A stretch of DNA of 64,000 nt from Candidatus Altimarinota bacterium. Its GTDB lineage: Bacteria; Patescibacteriota; Gracilibacteria; CAIRYL01; GCA-016699755. The stretch covers positions 704,001 through 768,000 of the forward strand of contig OY760935.1 of the NCBI GenBank assembly GCA_963664295.1, read 5' to 3'. Both the position numbers and the translations under genes were made by a program. Shown here in pieces: positions 29,536 to 39,047 of the stretch. How positions within the stretch are numbered: the first letter of the stretch is position 1; the number at the start of each line of letters is the position of its first letter. The notes beneath the pieces were generated by a model. It was not told the DNA's origin. It searched no databases and was given only the letters and a program-made list of their open reading frames with translations.

Positions 29536-31083
29536 TTAAATATTTATACTATATTCAAGCGCATCAGTAAGCGCCCTAAGGCTAGCCTTGGTAATATTTT
29601 CTCCACAACCAATTGTTGTCCAGTTTTTACCATTAACTCCAGATTCAATTAAAACCCGAGTAGTAGCACCAGTTGCTTTTTCTGTATCCAAAATACGCAC
29701 TTTATAGTCCAAAAGTTTCATACCTTTAAGCTCGGGGAAATATGGAATTAAAGCTTCTCTAAGTGCTTTGTCAAGCGCATTCACGGGACCATTCCCAAAA
29801 GCAATTTTTGTTTGCAATTTATCACCAATTTGAACTTGCACCTCAGCTTCAACCTCTTTTCTGGACAAACGATCTAAAAGCAAAAAATCAACTAATTTAA
29901 AAGGTGGATTATATCCTCTGTGCATTCTGCGCAAAAGCAATTCAAGACTGGCCTTTGAAGCTTCAAAAACATAACCCTCGGATTCAAGATTTTTTATTCT
30001 TTGTAAAACCTTTTTTGTATAAGAGCTACCTTTATCCATGCGATACCCAAGCTCACGAGCCAACATAATAATATTAGTCTGCCCAGAAAGCTCAGAAACA
30101 GTCACTTTACGAGAATTGCCAACTTTTGCTGGATCAATGTGTTCATAACTTTCCGGCAACTTACTAACAGCCGCCACATGCACACCAGCCTTGTGAGTAA
30201 AACTTTTTTTACCAACAAAAGGAGCTCTTTTCGGTGGTCGCATATTACCAACTTCAGCCACATAAGCAGAAAGCCAAGTTAACTTTTTAATATCAATTTT
30301 ATTAATAAATTTTTTACCCATTTTTAGTGCCAAATCCGGCACAACCACACATAAATTTGCATTACCTGTGCGTTCACCATAGCCATTTACAGTCACATGA
30401 ACCATATCAGCACCAGCTCGAACAGCGCCTAAACTGTTTGCCTCTGCTGTGCCAGAATCATTGTGCGCATGAATACCAATAGAAATTTTCGGAAATTTCT
30501 CTTTTGCTACTTTTGTTGCTTCTTCAACCTGCCAAGGCAACATACCACCATTTGTATCACAAAGGGTTAAATTATCAGCACCAGCTTTCACAGCTTGCTC
30601 AAGACATTCCAAGGCAAAATCCGCATCATCAAAATAGCCATCAAAAAAATGCTCAGCGTCAAAGATTACCTCAAGCCCTTTTTTCTTCAAAAAAGAAATA
30701 GTTGAATAAATCAAATCAAAATTTTCCTTCTTAGAAACTCCTAATATTTTTTCCGCATGCAAAGACCAAGTTTTCCCAAAAACCGTCACTGTTTTTACAC
30801 CAGAATTAACAACTCCTTTTAATCCTAGGTCTTCCTCTGGTTTATTTTTTTTGTGCCTAGTAGCACAAAAAGCTACCAACTTGGTATTTTTCCAATCCAA
30901 GTTTTTAGCTTCTTCAAAAAATTGACTATCTTTAGGATTACTTCCTGGAAAACCTCCCTCCACATAATCAACACCAAAATCAATAAGTGCTTTAGCAACT
31001 TTAATCTTATCAGAAACACTAAAAGAAACCTTTTCCTGCTGTGCTCCGTCTCTCAGCGTTGTGTCATATATTTTTACAGTCAT
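29536..31083 (-). CDS. cimA: citramalate synthase (LeuA/CimA family, bacterial type)
   Basis: YDTTLRDGAQ, EGGFPGSNPKD, DAEHFFDG, HAHNDSG, HKAGVH, GNGPVNALD and DYKVRIL. Confidence 0.85.
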   Translation of the reverse strand: MTVKIYDTTLRDGAQQEKVSFSVSDKIKVAKALIDFGVDYVEGGFPGSNPKDSQFFEEAKNLDWKNTKLVAFCATRHKKNKPEEDLGLKGVVNSGVKTVTVFGKTWSLHAEKILGVSKKENFDLIYSTISFLKKKGLEVIFDAEHFFDGYFDDADFALECLEQAVKAGADNLTLCDTNGGMLPWQVEEATKVAKEKFPKISIGIHAHNDSGTAEANSLGAVRAGADMVHVTVNGYGERTGNANLCVVVPDLALKMGKKFINKIDIKKLTWLSAYVAEVGNMRPPKRAPFVGKKSFTHKAGVHVAAVSKLPESYEHIDPAKVGNSRKVTVSELSGQTNIIMLARELGYRMDKGSSYTKKVLQRIKNLESEGYVFEASKASLELLLRRMHRGYNPPFKLVDFLLLDRLSRKEVEAEVQVQIGDKLQTKIAFGNGPVNALDKALREALIPYFPELKGMKLLDYKVRILDTEKATGATTRVLIESGVNGKNWTTIGCGENITKASLRALTDALEYSINI

Positions 31084-31112
31084 GGCAAAATTCTATCACA
31101 AAATAAAGCAGG

Positions 31113-33563
31113 CTAAAGATTATTTTTATTTTTTGACCAATTGTGAATTTTGTCTTCAACAAAATCTCTGGTCTTACTGTAGCGATCTCGTGCAACTTTA
31201 ATAATATTTTCTTTTATACTCTCATCTTGTTCAAATTCTGGTGGTGGCAATGTGCCAGCAGAAAAAGTTTGACTAGTTAAACCATCAATCATCAAGCGCA
31301 AATAAATTTGATATTTAGGCAAAGAGCCAATATCAGCAGGCAAAATCTCCTCTGCAAATTGCTTAGAAAGCGTTTCAGCGTCATCAAAACCAACCTGAAA
31401 AGTCATCATAGTACCCACATTACCAAAAACAGCCTCTCGAACTTCATCAGACATCTGTGCTAAATATTGATTAGCAACACAAAGATTAAGCCGATATTTA
31501 CGAGCCTCAGATAAAATAGTAGCAAAAGAATCAGTAGCGAAATTCTGAAACTCATCTACATAAAGATAAAAATCCCTACGATTTTTCTCTGCAGTATCTG
31601 CCCTGCTCATAACATCAAGCTGAAACTTGGTAATCAACATAGATCCCAACAAAGCAGAATTATCCTCACCAATCTTACCCTTTGACAAATTAACAACAAT
31701 AATCTTGCCCTTATCCATTGCAAAACGCAGGTCAATAGTGCTTTTTGGCTGACCAAGAATATTGCGAATTAAAGGTGAGGATAAAAATTGACCAACCTTG
31801 TTTTGAATTGGAGAAATTGCTTCTGTCACCTGTTGCGGACGCCATTTTCCAAATTCATCATGCCAAAAAGAAAGCACCATTGGATCAGTGACACTGCCTA
31901 AAACCTGCTTACGATAATCCTCATCAACCAACATTCGCATAATCCCCAACATAGTAGTATTTGGAGCTTCCACAAGCGCCAAAACAGTATTACGCAAAAT
32001 ATGCTCAAGTCTAGGTCCCCAACTTTCAGCAAATATTTTCTTAAAAACGCCAACAACACCCGAAGCAATCAAATTTTTATGCTCAGGATTTTTACATTCC
32101 AGCATATTAAAAGCCACAGGATAATCAGTATCCGAAGGATTAAAAATAATCACATCATTGGTTCGACTCTTAGGCACAAAATCCAAAATCGCTTCAGCAA
32201 GATCACCATGCGGATCAATAACTGCCAAGCCTTTACCAGACTGAATATCAGAAAAAACCATGTTTTCAAGCAAAGTTGATTTTCCCATACCAGTTTTACC
32301 AACTATATACACATGTCTTCTGCGATCATCTTCACGAATACCAAAAACTCGGGGATTACCTCGAAAGTTAGTCTTTCCTAAAAAAGTTAAATTTTCTTCT
32401 GTTGGTAAATTTTGCGGAGGTTCAAGTTTCTTAGAAACAACCCATTCAATATTAGGCGTATTAACAGTTTCATTTGGTAAATGAAAAACAGTAGCCAGCT
32501 CCTCAGAGTTCATAATCATCTGCCCCTCTAAATACGCTCTTTTAAAATGAATTGTGCCAAGCTTACCTTTGCTAATGGATTTAAGCTTAAATCCATTAAG
32601 CTGAGACAAGCTAAATTGCTTAAAAGCACTACTCACCTCTTTGATTTTTGCAGGAGATGGAGCAACAATACGCACGCAAGTATTAAAAGCCAAGCGACTA
32701 ATTTTATCAGTTGCCGCAGAGATATCAGTTTCCCGCTCATGACCTCTGCTCATTTCAGCATCTCTTTCTTTTATAAATTTATCCAAGCTCTCGCCACTAC
32801 TTCCTTTTCGCAAAAGCCAAAATAACAAAAGCCAAAAAGAAGCCCTAAAACGCCTCCAAAAGCCCATTTGCACAAATCTTTTTTCAAAAATATCCTTCAA
32901 TTTATCAAAACTTTTGTAATGACCCTTGTTTAAAATACGCAAACATTTTGTTGCCCGTTTTCTAAACCTATCAGAATTAATAGGCTGAACAACAATTTGC
33001 ATTGCCATTTTTTCTCCTTGCAAAAGCTTACCAAAAGGCAAAGTGATACCAGCAATAGGATCATTGATAGTGCTAGCAATTCTATCTTCAAATTGAGAAT
33101 AGCGCTTAATAGGATAAAAATCTGTATTATTAAATTGCAATTCAGCAAAATAATAATCTTGCGGAATTTTTGCAGTATAATCTTCTATTTCCAAAATTTC
33201 TGCTTCTGGATACTGTGCATAAAACTGACCTTCAATCAAATTGTAACAAGACTTTGGTGTTCGAATATAAAAATTAATCCTTCCTTCAATATTAGCAATT
33301 TCACAAGAAAATCTTGGCTGTTTTCTGCCAGTTAATTTCTCCCAAACAGAAAAATATTCATAAACACCATGCAAGGCAGAAAAAATATTATCCGCAACAT
33401 GCGGATTGCGCTCATTAAGCTTATTGGGAATAATTTTCAAAGTCACCCACTTTTCTTTTAAAACTTTATTTGACCAATAAATAGAACCAATAAGATTAGT
33501 CAGCAAAAGAAGTAAAAAAACTACTCCAATCGCCAATCCTGTATATATCAAATAATCTAGCAT
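31113..33563 (-). CDS. VirD4/TraD-like (HerA/DUF87) ATPase with N-terminal TM, common in CPR
   Basis: RRRHVYIVGKTGMGKS Walker A, IDPHGD, SWGPRLE, YVDEFQNF Walker B and SEARKY. Confidence 0.88.
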   Translation of the reverse strand: MLDYLIYTGLAIGVVFLLLLLTNLIGSIYWSNKVLKEKWVTLKIIPNKLNERNPHVADNIFSALHGVYEYFSVWEKLTGRKQPRFSCEIANIEGRINFYIRTPKSCYNLIEGQFYAQYPEAEILEIEDYTAKIPQDYYFAELQFNNTDFYPIKRYSQFEDRIASTINDPIAGITLPFGKLLQGEKMAMQIVVQPINSDRFRKRATKCLRILNKGHYKSFDKLKDIFEKRFVQMGFWRRFRASFWLLLFWLLRKGSSGESLDKFIKERDAEMSRGHERETDISAATDKISRLAFNTCVRIVAPSPAKIKEVSSAFKQFSLSQLNGFKLKSISKGKLGTIHFKRAYLEGQMIMNSEELATVFHLPNETVNTPNIEWVVSKKLEPPQNLPTEENLTFLGKTNFRGNPRVFGIREDDRRRHVYIVGKTGMGKSTLLENMVFSDIQSGKGLAVIDPHGDLAEAILDFVPKSRTNDVIIFNPSDTDYPVAFNMLECKNPEHKNLIASGVVGVFKKIFAESWGPRLEHILRNTVLALVEAPNTTMLGIMRMLVDEDYRKQVLGSVTDPMVLSFWHDEFGKWRPQQVTEAISPIQNKVGQFLSSPLIRNILGQPKSTIDLRFAMDKGKIIVVNLSKGKIGEDNSALLGSMLITKFQLDVMSRADTAEKNRRDFYLYVDEFQNFATDSFATILSEARKYRLNLCVANQYLAQMSDEVREAVFGNVGTMMTFQVGFDDAETLSKQFAEEILPADIGSLPKYQIYLRLMIDGLTSQTFSAGTLPPPEFEQDESIKENIIKVARDRYSKTRDFVEDKIHNWSKNKNNL

Positions 33564-33573
33564 TATTTATTTT

Positions 33574-34503
33574 TTAAGCTTTATTTTGACTACCACAAAC
33601 ATGAACTTTATGACGAACCATTTTAATAAACTCATCTCGAGCCGCACCAAGATATTTTCGAGGATCAAAAACTTCAGGATTTTCCTGTAAATATTTTCGG
33701 ATCATACCAGTCATAACCAAACGCAAATCAGTATCAATATTGATTTTCACAACATTAGTTTCAGTAGCCGCCTTAGTAAGCAATTCCTCAGAAACACCCT
33801 TAGCCCCACCAAGCTCACCACCATATTGATTACACATAGCTACATATTCTTGCAAAACTGAACTAGCACCATGCAAAACCAAAGGAAAATCAGGCAATTT
33901 CTCCTCAATTTGATGAAGTCTATCAAAGCTTAAATAAGGCTCACCTGTAAATTTATAAGCGCCATGAGAAGTGCCCACAGCCACAGCCAAAGAATCACAC
34001 CCTGTTTTATCTACAAATTCTTTAGCCTCATCAGGATCAGTAAATTTAGCATCTTTTTCTTCCACAGAAACCTCGTCTTCAACACCAGCAAGCTTGCCAA
34101 GTTCTGCCTCAACAGGAATATTTCTTTCATGCGCATAATCAACCACACTCTTAGTAATTTCAACATTCTTATCAAATTCATATTTAGAAGCATCAATCAT
34201 CACACTGGTAAAACCAGAATCAATACAATCTTTTGCTGTCTCAAAGCTATCACCATGATCAAGATGAAGAGCAAAAGGAATTTCTGGATAAAGCTCCTCC
34301 GCCGCTTCCACAAGTTTTTTCAAAAAAATCGGATTAGCATAATTTCGTGCTCCCCTAGAAACCTGCAAAATAACTGGGGAATTTTCCGCCTTAACTCCTT
34401 CCATAATCCCCTGAATAATCTCCATATTATTAACATTAAAAGCAGGAATGGCGTATTTACCAGCCAATGCCTTTTGAAACATTTCCCGAGTGTCAGTAAG
34501 CAT
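33574..34503 (-). CDS. fba: class II fructose-1,6-bisphosphate aldolase
   Basis: AFNVNNME, HLDHG, VEAELG, GTSHGAYKF, VLHGAS and KINIDTD. Confidence 0.96.
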   Translation of the reverse strand: MLTDTREMFQKALAGKYAIPAFNVNNMEIIQGIMEGVKAENSPVILQVSRGARNYANPIFLKKLVEAAEELYPEIPFALHLDHGDSFETAKDCIDSGFTSVMIDASKYEFDKNVEITKSVVDYAHERNIPVEAELGKLAGVEDEVSVEEKDAKFTDPDEAKEFVDKTGCDSLAVAVGTSHGAYKFTGEPYLSFDRLHQIEEKLPDFPLVLHGASSVLQEYVAMCNQYGGELGGAKGVSEELLTKAATETNVVKINIDTDLRLVMTGMIRKYLQENPEVFDPRKYLGAARDEFIKMVRHKVHVCGSQNKA

Positions 34504-34558
34504 AATAATTTAGGTTAAATTTATAAAAATTTTGCCACTTTTAAGCTATAATCTCAAT

Positions 34559-35344
34559 ATGAAAAAAATTTTTGGCATATTAGCACACCCAGCAAAGCAC
34601 TCTCTTTCACCTGTAATGCACAATGCAGGCATGAAAAACCTAGGAATAAACGGCGAATTTAAGTTTTTTGATATTCCCCCGCAAGAATTAGCAAAATTTT
34701 TCCAAAAAATACGCACCGAAAAAGTTCAAGGACTAGCAGTATCAATACCACACAAAGAAAAAGTGAGCCCATATCTTGATAAAATCACGGAAAAAGCAAA
34801 AAAAATAGGTGCAATCAACACAATCTATTGGGAAAATGAAAAACTCTGCGGAACCAACACAGACGAAATTGGCTTCTTAAGAGCACTAGAAGGTCTAAGT
34901 CCAAAAACCGCCTTGGTCTTAGGAGCTGGCGGAGCGTCTCGCGCTGTTTTATATGCTCTACAAAATCAAAAAATCAAAACCAAAATCTGGGCACGCAAAA
35001 AAGAACAAGCAGAAAAACTCGCCCAAGAATTCAAAGCAGAAGCAATAGAAAAACCAAATCAAAAACTAGAGTTAATAATAAATTGTACACCAGTAGGCAT
35101 GAGTCCAAACACAGAAAACTCAATTCTACCTGCAAATTTTTGGCAAGCCCATCACATAGCCTATGACCTTGTTATGAACCCACGCAAAACCCGCTTTATC
35201 AAAGAAGCAGAAAAAGCAGGTGCAAAAATAATCACTGGCGAAAAAATGCTCCTTTTTCAAGGAATAGAACAATTTAAAATCTGGCATAAACAAGAAGCGC
35301 CACAAGATATAATGCAAAAAACACTGAAAAATAATCTTGACTAA
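34559..35344 (+). CDS. aroE: shikimate dehydrogenase (start probably 34559)
   Basis: HSLSPVMHN, PHKE, GAINT, NTD, GAGGAS, NCTPVGM and MLLFQG. Confidence 0.94.
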   Translation: MKKIFGILAHPAKHSLSPVMHNAGMKNLGINGEFKFFDIPPQELAKFFQKIRTEKVQGLAVSIPHKEKVSPYLDKITEKAKKIGAINTIYWENEKLCGTNTDEIGFLRALEGLSPKTALVLGAGGASRAVLYALQNQKIKTKIWARKKEQAEKLAQEFKAEAIEKPNQKLELIINCTPVGMSPNTENSILPANFWQAHHIAYDLVMNPRKTRFIKEAEKAGAKIITGEKMLLFQGIEQFKIWHKQEAPQDIMQKTLKNNLD

Positions 35345-35387
35345 ACAATATTTATATAGTTAAATATATAACTAAAATTTCCCCAAT

Positions 35388-35747
35388 ATGCAAAACAATT
35401 CCGAAAAAATATTAAAAACATCAACAATAACCAACATAGAGATACCAAATCACCCAAAAAATTTTCCTTGGGATCATTTAATAAAAACAATTCAAAGCAT
35501 AATTACCTTAATTAAAACAGGACAATCCCCTGATGAAGCCTATTGCAAATGTAGTAGGTTTAATTTAGTAGAGCTTGTAAAAATGGCAATGGAGGGCCAT
35601 TTAATAGCTGGTTTTTCAAGCAATAATGAAAACCTAGCATCAGCAATTACCTTAATGATCTGGAACGATGTTTGCACGCTTTGGAACCAACAACAACAAA
35701 CTAATAATCAAATTCATAACGCAATTTGTATGCATCACCACTCTTAG
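35388..35747 (+). CDS. hypothetical protein
   Basis: 119 aa ATG ORF with upstream TTGACT and an AT-rich -10 region. Confidence 0.5.
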   Translation: MQNNSEKILKTSTITNIEIPNHPKNFPWDHLIKTIQSIITLIKTGQSPDEAYCKCSRFNLVELVKMAMEGHLIAGFSSNNENLASAITLMIWNDVCTLWNQQQQTNNQIHNAICMHHHS

Positions 35748-36300
35748 AGCCAATAATCACAACATTATTAATTACAAAAATATGCTCCCCGCCACCAGAA
35801 ACAGCATTGATATCAGCTACAATGCTAATTTTTTTACTTTTGCCAGCAGGAATAATCACAGGGTCACTAATAAAATAAATAACAGCACTATTGTATTCTT
35901 TAGAGAAATTAGGCGTAGTACCAAAGCGATAAATCCCATCAAAAACCTTTACAGCATCAATATCATCAAGCAAGCCAAGCCCTTGATGACCAATTTCTAT
36001 TCTGCGAATTTCCAAATCCTCAGAAGAATTAGCAAAAAATTCCAATTCTAAAAATGGCACATTAGTAGCATTTTGAGGAATAGTGCCACCAATATTTTTA
36101 ATTTTCACATTAACAAAAGGGTCAATTTCGCCCTCTTTCCTCTCAAAATCCTCAATAAATTCTTTAACAAAGAAAATGGCTTTTTCTGAATAAATAAAAA
36201 CAGAATTAGCTTGCACAAAAGGCAAAAAGCAAACAAAACACAAAATAAAAATTAAAATTTTTTTCACACAAAAATTACTCAATACGCCTTGGTTGTTCAT
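35701..36300 (-). CDS. secreted hypothetical protein (beta-sandwich-like)
   Basis: Signal peptide-like KKILIFILCFVCFLPFVQA; downstream of the anti-sigma gene. Confidence 0.6.
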   Translation of the reverse strand: MNNQGVLSNFCVKKILIFILCFVCFLPFVQANSVFIYSEKAIFFVKEFIEDFERKEGEIDPFVNVKIKNIGGTIPQNATNVPFLELEFFANSSEDLEIRRIEIGHQGLGLLDDIDAVKVFDGIYRFGTTPNFSKEYNSAVIYFISDPVIIPAGKSKKISIVADINAVSGGGEHIFVINNVVIIGSKSGDAYKLRYEFDY

Positions 36301-37000
36301 GGGGAAGTTCCTTAAATGGCAAAATACCTATAGCAAAAAACTCTTTCGTGTCTTTATCAAGAGGTTTACCAAGAGCACGAATTTTAGCACTAATAAAAAG
36401 ATCTGCCTTTGGATGTATTTTTGCTTTTTCAAAATAAACTATCCAGGTTTCCCCCCTAAGATCTTCTATTATTAAAATAGTTTCATCTTTGCTGATAATT
36501 TCACCAGCCAAAAAACCTTCTTTTGGTTTTTGCCAACGCTCAAATCTTTGTTCATGCAAACCTTTATAAAAAGGCACTTTTTCAGCAAAAATTCTATCCA
36601 TTCTCTCAGCCCCACCAGAAACATAAACAAAAGAACCTAACACAATACTCAATAAAATATTTACCAAAAACACAGTCAAAATTGAAAACTTATAACCTTT
36701 TTTTGTGTTTTTTAAAAAAACAATTGAAAAAACAAAAAAACAAGCCAAAAAAACAAGCCAGACAACCGGCAACATCTTTAAAAACAAAGAAAATCCTGAT
36801 TCTTCAAAATACGGAAAAACATCAAAATCATTCTCGCGAAAAGCATAAATAATTACCGAAAAAGCCAAAGCACCGAAAAGAGCAAAAAATACAAAAAAGG
36901 ACCAGATTAAAGCATTTTTAAAAACAAACTGCCAACGAGGGGTTGGTTTTATTTTTTGTGCCTTAATTTTATCAATCACATTTTTTACTGTTTTAGCCAT
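36275..37000 (-). CDS. putative membrane anti-sigma factor
   Basis: Starts 1 nt after the ECF sigma stop; 3 TM helices plus a C-terminal soluble domain. Confidence 0.6.
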   Translation of the reverse strand: MAKTVKNVIDKIKAQKIKPTPRWQFVFKNALIWSFFVFFALFGALAFSVIIYAFRENDFDVFPYFEESGFSLFLKMLPVVWLVFLACFFVFSIVFLKNTKKGYKFSILTVFLVNILLSIVLGSFVYVSGGAERMDRIFAEKVPFYKGLHEQRFERWQKPKEGFLAGEIISKDETILIIEDLRGETWIVYFEKAKIHPKADLFISAKIRALGKPLDKDTKEFFAIGILPFKELPHEQPRRIE

Positions 37001-37001
37001 T

Positions 37002-37580
37002 TTAAGTGAGAGTTAAATTTTTTCGCAAAAGAGTTTTTTTAAATTCCTTTTTGGCCCTATTAATCAAAGTTGCTACTGTGCCTTGGGGCTTTTTAATAAT
37101 ATCAGAAATTTCTTCGTATGATTTTTGTTCCAAAAACTTCAAAATCAAAACTTCTTTATATTTCAAAGGTAAAAAATTTAATATTTCATGTACTATTTTT
37201 GAGTTTAACTTAGTGTTAATCTCTGTTTTTAAGTCCATTTCCGAAGGCAAATTGGCAAAAATTTCCTCATCCATAAAAATTTGATTTTTTCTTCCTCTTG
37301 TTTTTTGCTTTCTGTATTCAGAAACAGTTTGATTATGGGCAATGCTATATATCCAGCTAGAAAATTTAGTTTCTTCATCGTAGTCATTAAGATTTTTCCA
37401 GGTTTTTATAAAAACTTCTTGTAATATTTCTTCGCTTTCTTCATGTGAAAAATCAGAAATACGCATAACATAACGCTTTAAAGGTTCTTCATATCTCTCA
37501 ATCAAAACCGAGAAAAAATCAACATCCTCAAGGGACTTTTGAACCAACTGCTCGTCTGTATATTTACTGTAATCCACCAT
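37002..37580 (-). CDS. ECF RNA polymerase sigma factor (SigW/SigE-like)
   Basis: TDEQLV, EILQEVFIKTW, FSSWIYSIAHN and SYEEISDII...GTVATLINRAK. Confidence 0.92.
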   Translation of the reverse strand: MVDYSKYTDEQLVQKSLEDVDFFSVLIERYEEPLKRYVMRISDFSHEESEEILQEVFIKTWKNLNDYDEETKFSSWIYSIAHNQTVSEYRKQKTRGRKNQIFMDEEIFANLPSEMDLKTEINTKLNSKIVHEILNFLPLKYKEVLILKFLEQKSYEEISDIIKKPQGTVATLINRAKKEFKKTLLRKNLTLT

Positions 37581-37605
37581 AAAAAATTATCTCTTACTTT
37601 TATTA

Positions 37606-37631
37606 TACGCAAATTAAAAAATTTTCTTTCA
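37606..37631 (-). promoter_or_regulatory. ECF-type promoter upstream of the sigma gene
   Basis: TGAAAG-N16-CGTA, same motif as 38486-38511. Confidence 0.72.
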
Positions 37632-37661
37632 AAAAAGCTCCTTTTAATGAAGGAGCTTTTT
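37632..37661. terminator. bidirectional intrinsic terminator
   Basis: aaaaagctcctt/aaggagcttttt stem. Confidence 0.75.
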
Positions 37662-37690
37662 CTAGAAAACACCTTTTTATATTTGTTTTC

Positions 37691-38425
37691 TTATTGATTT
37701 GAGTTGTTGTTATTGTTGGCAGGTCTTTTCTTTGCTCTGCGCATACCCATTTCTTCTGGCTCAGTATGCTCCTGAATTTTGGCTATTTCTTCCTCATCAT
37801 CAGAGGTAATTGTGATTTTTATGCCATTATCAAGATTTTCTATTGTTCTAGTGACATTTTCATTTTTTGGTTCACGCTCTGGACGATTTTGTAAAAATTC
37901 AACTGCTTCTTCATTGTCAGAAGTAAGAGTAATTTCTACACCATTATCAATGTTTGTCACTTCACGGTTGATGTCAGCAAAGAAAGCTCCACCAGCGCAA
38001 CCATCATCACGATTGCCACCTCTTTTGCCTCTTCCTTTGTTCATACCTGGCTGTTGATTTTTAGAATGCTCCTGAATTTTGGCTATTTCTTCCTCATCAT
38101 CAGAGGTAATTGTGATTTTTATGCCATTATCAAGATTTTCTATTGTTCTAGTGACATTTTCATTTTTTGGTTCACGCTCTGGACGATTTTGTAAAAATTC
38201 AACTGCTTCTTCATTGTCAGAAGTAAGAGTAATTTCTACACCATTATCAATGTTTGTCACTTCACGGTTGATGTCAGCAAAGAAAGCTTCTCTTTCTTGT
38301 CTAACCCTTGGTGCGTTATTTTCTTGATTATCATCAGCACTAGCAGTCAAAGCAAGAGCACTAACTCCAAACAAAAGAGCAAAGGCCGCAAATAAAGAAA
38401 CTGTTTTAGAGATTTTTGTTTTCAT
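37691..38425 (-). CDS. secreted protein with an exactly duplicated ~74 aa domain
   Basis: Signal peptide; repeated REVTNIDNGVEITLTSD...DNGIKITITSDDEEEIAKIQEH. Confidence 0.8.
   Translation of the reverse strand: MKTKISKTVSLFAAFALLFGVSALALTASADDNQENNAPRVRQEREAFFADINREVTNIDNGVEITLTSDNEEAVEFLQNRPEREPKNENVTRTIENLDNGIKITITSDDEEEIAKIQEHSKNQQPGMNKGRGKRGGNRDDGCAGGAFFADINREVTNIDNGVEITLTSDNEEAVEFLQNRPEREPKNENVTRTIENLDNGIKITITSDDEEEIAKIQEHTEPEEMGMRRAKKRPANNNNNSNQ
37766..38288. repeat. 223-bp identical direct repeat (37766-37988 = 38066-38288)
   Basis: Line-by-line identity at an offset of 300. Confidence 0.95.
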
Positions 38426-38485
38426 AGTTTTTTAAAAAAATTAAAAATTAAAAAATTCAAATTAGTGATCACTGTCACCCACTAA

Positions 38486-38511
38486 TACGCAAATAAAAAA
38501 AAGTTCTTTCA
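38486..38511 (-). promoter_or_regulatory. ECF-type promoter upstream of the repeat protein gene
   Basis: TGAAAG-N16-CGTA. Confidence 0.72.
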
Positions 38512-38563
38512 AATTTTCTTAAAAAATGTAATATATAAACCTTTTTAAGCCTTAAAAACAGAA

Positions 38564-39022
38564 ATGAACACAGAGCAAATCAAAACAACTAATTGTATTT
38601 GTGTATGTCATTGCGGAGCAGAAAAAGAAGAAATCAGCAAAGCTATACATGAAATAATGAAAGAATTTGCGTCACAAATGTCCAATTTCGACATAGTACA
38701 AATAAAACCAAACCAACCAAAAGAAAAAATAGACACATTTAAATTAGGCAAAAAAGCTGTCAAAGCAAAAAACCTCAAAACAACAGAGGAAAAAGCACAA
38801 GCAAGACCATATTGGGCTGTTCAGGCAACAATAAATAGACTAAAAATCATCTCTCAAATATATCCCTTCTCTATACTACTAGTCTCAAGACAAGTGCAAC
38901 AAGAGATAGAAAAAGCAGGATTAAGCCAACATTTTACTGCCATTAAATCAATATTCATACCTGATAGTGAAAATATTGCTGAGTGTTTAAAAAATATTTT
39001 CGAACAAGCACAAAAAGTATAA
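38564..39022 (+). CDS. hypothetical protein
   Basis: 152 aa ATG ORF with N-terminal CICVCHC. Confidence 0.55.
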   Translation: MNTEQIKTTNCICVCHCGAEKEEISKAIHEIMKEFASQMSNFDIVQIKPNQPKEKIDTFKLGKKAVKAKNLKTTEEKAQARPYWAVQATINRLKIISQIYPFSILLVSRQVQQEIEKAGLSQHFTAIKSIFIPDSENIAECLKNIFEQAQKV

Positions 39023-39047
39023 TATAAATAAGCTTTTATAATAAAAA

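Noticed and set aside
31113-33563. Conjugative element or the missing packaging ATPase for the capsid cluster
   Set aside because: It is a membrane-anchored VirD4/TraD-like ATPase of a kind common in CPR chromosomes. It has no relaxase or T4SS neighbours and no terminase nuclease domain, and nothing links it to the virion cluster.
37766-38288. Diversity-generating retroelement TR/VR pair
   Set aside because: The copies are identical with no adenine-specific mismatches, both are in frame in one gene, and no reverse transcriptase is present.
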